A stretch of 64,000 nucleotides of DNA, taken from assembly GCA_029856145.1 (NCBI GenBank), contig JAHQWK010000030.1:9261-73260 (forward strand), in the 5' to 3' direction. Below the pieces are notes generated by a model. It had not been told where the DNA came from. It was given only the letters and a program-made list of their open reading frames with translations, and made no database searches. The position numbers and the translations under genes are program-made. Shown here one piece after another: positions 59,419 through 64,000 of the stretch; position 1 is the first letter of the stretch, and each line of letters begins with the position of its first letter. Source of the stretch: Promethearchaeia archaeon. Lineage in GTDB: Archaea > Asgardarchaeota > Lokiarchaeia > Sigyniarchaeales > SOKP01.

Positions 59419-60843
59419 ATGTTTGTTGAATATTTCTATTATTTAAAAGAACGCTTACCAGTTAGCATTACAGAATACATGACTTTAATGGAAGCTCTCA
59501 ATAAAGGGCTTATCCACAACATGGTTGAGTTTTATTACACCTCACGCTCAATTCTATGTAAGAATGAGCACCATTTCGACATTTATGACATCGCATTCGC
59601 AAACTTTTTCAAAGAGGCAATGTTAAAATTCCCAGAAGATATTAAACAAGAGATCTGGGATTGGCTCAATAAAGATATTACTCTCCCGGAACTTATAGAG
59701 GGCCTACAACTAATTCTACGTGAATACCAACAATATATTAATATTGAAAATTTAGAACAATTTCTCGAAGAACTTTTGGAAAAATATAAGGGGAAATTTG
59801 GTAATAACTTATTAATTAATGCTCCAAATGAAATAAAGGATGAAATCTGGAAATGGCTGGAAAAAAACTTTGACCTCTCGGAAATGCAGGGTTCATTCCA
59901 AGAGATGATGAGTCAATTCTTTGATCTCGAAGAAATGCAAAAAAGATTCGAAGAATTAATGCAAAAACAAGACGAGGAACATAATGGAGGGAACCGTTGG
60001 ATTGGTACTCAAGGACAATCCCCTTTTGGTCATGGAGGTCAAAATCCTATGGGTATGAGAGTCGGGGGCTCCTCTGGAGCGCGAACGGCAGTTCAAATCG
60101 CGCAAAAACGCATCTTTAAAGATTACCGAAAAGATATCGTGCTCGATACAAGACAAATTAAAGTTGCTTTAAAACGTCTTAAAAAACTTGAAGAAATAGG
60201 GAAAAAAGATGAATTAGACTTGGATAAGACGATTGATAAGACTGCTAAGAACTGTGGAGATATTGAAATTGTATTTGATAAAAAAAGGAAGAACAATGTT
60301 AGAATGGTTCTCTTAATGGATGTTGGGGGTAGTATGACCCCTTATGCTCATTTGGTCAATCTTCTTTTCTCAGCAGCTAATAATATGTCACACTGGCGCT
60401 CATTTGATTTTTTCTATTTTCACAATTGTTTATATGAGCAGGTCTATTTCAATGCTCGAAGGAATCCAGATGAAGCAATTGAATTTAACGAGTTCTTAAA
60501 AAAATTTGATAACAAGTATAAAGTAGTACTTGTTGGAGATGCCGCAATGGCGAGTTGGGAACTAACCGAAAAGTATGGCTCGATTTATTATTATCATCGA
60601 AATGAATTTCCCGGAATATTCTTTATTAAAGAACTAGCTAATCATTTTAAAAATAACGTAGTTTGGTTAAATCCCGAACTTATAAGACCTGAATGGGCGC
60701 CGTGGACTCGAAAGATTATTTCAAGCATCATCCCAATGTTTGATTTGACTGTCGAGGGAATTGAAGACGCAATGGATTATCTTCGAAAAGGAGGTAAAAA
60801 TATGTACACAACTGTTCAAATGCTTAAGGGCTTAAATTATTAA
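59419..60843 (+). CDS. VWA-domain (CoxE-like) partner of a MoxR AAA+ ATPase
   Basis: HNGGNRWIGT.G.SPFG.GG, LLMDVGGSM, FYFHNC.YE, VGDAAM, VWLNP. Confidence 0.9.
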   Translation: MFVEYFYYLKERLPVSITEYMTLMEALNKGLIHNMVEFYYTSRSILCKNEHHFDIYDIAFANFFKEAMLKFPEDIKQEIWDWLNKDITLPELIEGLQLILREYQQYINIENLEQFLEELLEKYKGKFGNNLLINAPNEIKDEIWKWLEKNFDLSEMQGSFQEMMSQFFDLEEMQKRFEELMQKQDEEHNGGNRWIGTQGQSPFGHGGQNPMGMRVGGSSGARTAVQIAQKRIFKDYRKDIVLDTRQIKVALKRLKKLEEIGKKDELDLDKTIDKTAKNCGDIEIVFDKKRKNNVRMVLLMDVGGSMTPYAHLVNLLFSAANNMSHWRSFDFFYFHNCLYEQVYFNARRNPDEAIEFNEFLKKFDNKYKVVLVGDAAMASWELTEKYGSIYYYHRNEFPGIFFIKELANHFKNNVVWLNPELIRPEWAPWTRKIISSIIPMFDLTVEGIEDAMDYLRKGGKNMYTTVQMLKGLNY

Positions 60844-61140
60844 AAACTTTAATTTTATAATAAAGAGGATTAGGAAGGTCTAAATCTGAAAAGAAATTAA
60901 ACATCGTAAATCGGTAGTTAATAAGGTTTATTTGCTTAATCTTTCATTTGAATACTAGATAGTTCAAAATGCACTATTTAAAATCGTAATATTTCAACCA
61001 ATTTCGAATCTTACTCATATGATCCCTTTGATTGAAGAATTTACCTAATTTTTCTTTAAATACTATCAAATTATTTTTGTCTATTATTGGTTAATTGATT
61101 AAATTTTAGTATAAAAAAATTAATTCCAGAGTTTTTGAAG

Positions 61141-61173
61141 GAAAGGTAAATTCAGAGTCTGATTTCAATGAAA
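61141..61173 (+). repeat. Dispersed 33-bp hairpin repeat, copy 3
   Basis: GAAAGGTAAATTCAGAGTCTGATTTCAATGAAA. Confidence 0.9.
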
Positions 61174-61319
61174 TTTCCATTAAAAAAGATAATCAAAAAC
61201 AATAAACTCAATAAAACTGGCTCGAAAAAGCTTTTGATTAGATTCTAGGATTTCTTCTTTTTTAAATTCTTTATGATACTTTCATCATTGTAAGCTTCAA
61301 GCATGATTCGAAAGATAGA

Positions 61320-61808
61320 ACATAATACTTAACTTTTTAATAATAAATTTCCTATATTTAAACATGTTAAAAACAACTAATTTTAGAAATGCAATTTTAT
61401 TCTCTCTATTACTAACTATTTCCATACATCTTGGAACCTTTATCCCCATAGTAAGTCTCTTTTTCTTACTTCGATTTTCCAAAGCCAATCCCGACAATAA
61501 TTATTTGGTCTCAAAAAGTCTTAGCGTAATGAATGATTTTGCTATTCCCTCTTTCGGATTCTAATAATTATTAATCTTATAGAGAGGAAGGGAAAACTAA
61601 AAAAGCGGAAGTTTTACAAGAATTTGATAATTTTTTAATTTTTTTTAGTGAATTAGATAAACTTATCAATTACTTTTTGATACCTCCCCGAAAAAAATTA
61701 ATAAAAAGAATTAGTTATAATTACCTTACTATTGTTTTGGGAATCTATATTCTATTTCTAATCCTACTACAGGTTATTTATTCTATTAAAATTGGGATGG
61801 AAAGGTAA
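61320..61808 (+). pseudogene. Decayed membrane-protein gene between repeat copies 3 and 4
   Basis: Hydrophobic ORF 61364-61564, then a second open frame 61575-61808 (SYREEGK...YLTIVLGIYILFLILLQVIYSIKIGMER*) that ends on the TAA inside repeat copy 4. Confidence 0.45.
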
Positions 61809-61832
61809 ATTCAGCGTCTGATTTCAATGAAA
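61800..61832 (+). repeat. Dispersed 33-bp hairpin repeat, copy 4
   Basis: GAAAGGTAAATTCAGCGTCTGATTTCAATGAAA. Confidence 0.9.
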
Positions 61833-61891
61833 ATTCCTTTGAAAAAGCTTATTGCTTATTTATCAATATACATTTTTTCTTTTATATAGCC

Positions 61892-62284
61892 ATGAAGAAG
61901 GATAAAGTTATAAGGATCAGAAACCCAAAACTAAGAATCATCAGGAATAATTTGAGAGAAATTATTAAACAAGCAAAATATGCGAAATCTAAGCAATTAC
62001 TCAACAAAATCAAAAGATTAGAACATGTTATGGAATACAGAGATGGAATAAAACCAACGAAGGAAGGACAAAAGCAAGCTCAGAAATTGAAAATAGAAAG
62101 AAGTAAACTTGATAATGACTTTAACAGGTCCATAATTTATTGTTAAAATTGTAAGAGTTGGGATAAAGATATGAGATATTTTACGAAATGGGCAGAGTGG
62201 GTATGTGTTGATTGCTATGATGAGGTTGTTAAAAGAGGGGAGCATGCTGAGAAGTATCGTAAAGAATCTGAAAAGTATGAGTAG
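61892..62284 (+). pseudogene. Basic coiled-coil/zinc-finger protein gene with a premature TAA
   Basis: TAA 62144-62146 falls inside C*NC. The same frame continues KSWDKDMRYFTKWAEWVCVDCYDE... to TAG 62282-62284, restoring a CxxC..CxxC finger. Confidence 0.7.
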
Positions 62285-62538
62285 TAATAAGTGGGATTTG
62301 CGGAAGTTTGAAGGTATTTGAGATGGAAAGGGAAGTGGAGTATGTTCATGAGCAGAATTTTACGCATTCTTTCTTTTAATTTTTATGAAAAACAACTGAT
62401 TAGACTTCTAATATGTTAGAGAAGTCTTTTTCTTTATAAAGGAACAAAATAATTCAATATTAATATTGATTGAATCAAAAAATATTATAAAAATAACATA
62501 GATGTTGTATTAATATTAATAAAAAAGGGTGGTTTAAA

Positions 62539-62808
62539 TTGGACAAATGGGAAGAATTGATTAAATACACAATTATTCTAATTTTTTCCTTATTTATTGA
62601 ATATGCTGTTTTAGGTCCAATTGTTCAGCATTTCGTTGAATTAGGACTAAATAATGAAATAACAGTTGGAGGAGTAACTGCACCTGCGAATGAATTAATT
62701 GATCCAACAATTCTTTATTTATATAAATCGATGTGGCACATAATAGATATAATCGGAATATTTGGTACGATTTCAGGTATCCTTTATTATATTAAAAAAA
62801 TGAAATAA
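62539..62808 (+). CDS. Small two-TM membrane protein
   Basis: SD GGGTGG before TTG; two hydrophobic segments; basic C-terminus. Confidence 0.65.
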   Translation: MDKWEELIKYTIILIFSLFIEYAVLGPIVQHFVELGLNNEITVGGVTAPANELIDPTILYLYKSMWHIIDIIGIFGTISGILYYIKKMK

Positions 62809-63268
62809 TAAAATAATAATCTATGGCTAGAAAGTGTCTCACTCTATGAGGATAAGTGAAATATCACTTATGAGCACTCAAATGTCAAATAACATATAGA
62901 GAATAATTTCATAATTTTACTCCTAATTGATATATCACGCAATTCAGGCTAAAATTTCGGAAGGATTAATTCCCGCCCTTTATTCAATCGGTGAGAGCTC
63001 AGTGGAGGATCCGCTCCTATGTAATGCTAAAAAGATCAATTACCACTTCGAGCAATGACATTTTACAATTAATTTGGAACATAATAACTGGTACTTATTG
63101 TCGACTCAAACCCTTATCTAAATTACATTGGATTTTAATCTCCCTCCCCCGTGGTGTCCTCCTAATTACTTGGGAAAAAGGAATAGGAAAAGCTAGCTCA
63201 AGGAATAAGTACCCCGGATTAAGGGCTTAAACTATTAAAAACTAGAATTTTACAATAAATTTAATGCT

Positions 63269-63424
63269 TTATTTTGTTTGTTTTTTTTCACATTCTGGGC
63301 ACCAACGATTAAATGATTTTAAATAATTTGGAGTTGCCCACCATTCATGATTACATAATCCACAACGCCATTTCAATTGTTCTTTTGAACTCCAGGAATA
63401 ATATATGTAATCTCCAAATAAGAC
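63269..63424 (-). pseudogene. Zinc-ribbon (treble-clef, DUF4379-like) gene remnant
   Basis: SSKEQLKWRCGLCNHEWWATPNYLKSFNRWCPEC; frame bounded upstream by TGA, no ATG. Confidence 0.6.
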
Positions 63425-63559
63425 TCAAAAGGATTAAAATATTGAATTGAATTATAATCCCTGTAGTGAATCAGGAAATATAGAAAAAGAAATAAAAAAA
63501 AAAAGGAATTTTTAACTTAATCATGGTATTGAAATTTTTGAACCATATATTATTTTACC

Positions 63560-64000
63560 TTAAACCGCGCCATTAAGCCTATATATATTATAAAAAAGCT
63601 GATTTTGAATGGTAATATCTGTTAATACCTCAGCGTGATCTATACCTACATACCCGTTATGATTCCTCGCATCATTAGATGTACCCGTTATGATTGAAAA
63701 CAAATGAGTAATTGGAGCCAATGGATGAAAAATTACCCAAACCCTATTATCAAGTGCAACATTCCAACAAGGAACAATAATATCCAGAAGGTCTCCCGAA
63801 TATGTAGAATAACGAATATCGGCATAACTACTTGAATCAGATACGCTATAGGGTGTTCTATCTCCTGTGTTGAGATTATTTAATAAATCATGAAAACCCC
63901 AATAAGAAGCCATCTGGAAACCTTGGGTAGTAAATGCGAATCCACCAATGGGAGCACCAAAGTTAGGCGTGGCGAGCGTTGCTAGGTGTCTGACGGTTAT
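63560..64000 (-). CDS. Alpha/beta-hydrolase (lipase/PGAP1-like), C-terminal part (5' end outside window)
   Basis: The frame is open to the window edge: ITVRHLATLATPNFGAP...; a C-terminal DH may supply the catalytic His. Confidence 0.6.
   Translation of the reverse strand: MTVRHLATLATPNFGAPIGGFAFTTQGFQMASYWGFHDLLNNLNTGDRTPYSVSDSSSYADIRYSTYSGDLLDIIVPCWNVALDNRVWVIFHPLAPITHLFSIITGTSNDARNHNGYVGIDHAEVLTDITIQNQLFYNIYRLNGAV

Noticed and set aside
9010-61832. 33-bp repeat as a CRISPR repeat
   Set aside because: Length fits and the reverse strand contains ATTGAAA, but spacings are 0.66-2.6 kb and no cas genes are present.
677-62245. Short antisense or alternative-frame ORFs in the track (e.g. 2219..2596, 18941..19228, 39011..39319, 56115..56411)
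   Set aside because: They are shadows of well-supported genes and carry no motifs of their own.
62991-63230. 79-aa ORF
   Set aside because: Atypical composition and no motifs; the region looks non-coding or structured.
63962-63968. GTTAGGC integron attC core
   Set aside because: It lies within the coding TPNFG motif of the hydrolase on the opposite strand, and no partner site is visible.

Overview
AT-rich archaeal DNA with GGTGA-type ribosome-binding sites and TATA promoters. Gene content and a eukaryote-like SECIS point to Asgard archaea, probably Lokiarchaeia (inference). 1-21.5 kb holds repeated flavin-based electron-bifurcation modules: four HdrA-like, two HdrD-like, three MvhD and two FrhB-family genes, split by a 4.5-kb accessory insert. 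The ORF track misses one gene here, an MvhD/VhuD selenoprotein (941-1402) with two in-frame UGA codons at conserved Cys positions. Its terminal UGA is itself the AUGA core of a eukaryote-type SECIS hairpin. 21.5-38 kb carries acyl-CoA and amino-acid catabolism genes and a possible uDENN/longin-like protein. 38-50 kb is a DUF134/NifB-NifX/MinD-ferredoxin/Mrp/IscU/Feo metal-cofactor cluster with seven copies of a TGAAT-N4-ATTCA palindrome. 50-55 kb has a His kinase, a REC-Lrp fusion and a second Lrp next to glutamate dehydrogenase, with six YGAA-N5-TTCR sites. 61-64 kb is a decaying accessory region. Two features stand out beyond the selenoprotein. A 33-bp hairpin-containing direct repeat (4 copies) brackets single-gene segments in both accessory regions, a possible gene-cassette capture system. 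Five genes appear to start at AUA/AUU codons placed at normal spacing from their SD sequence. No rRNA, tRNA, CRISPR array, integrase or transposase was seen.
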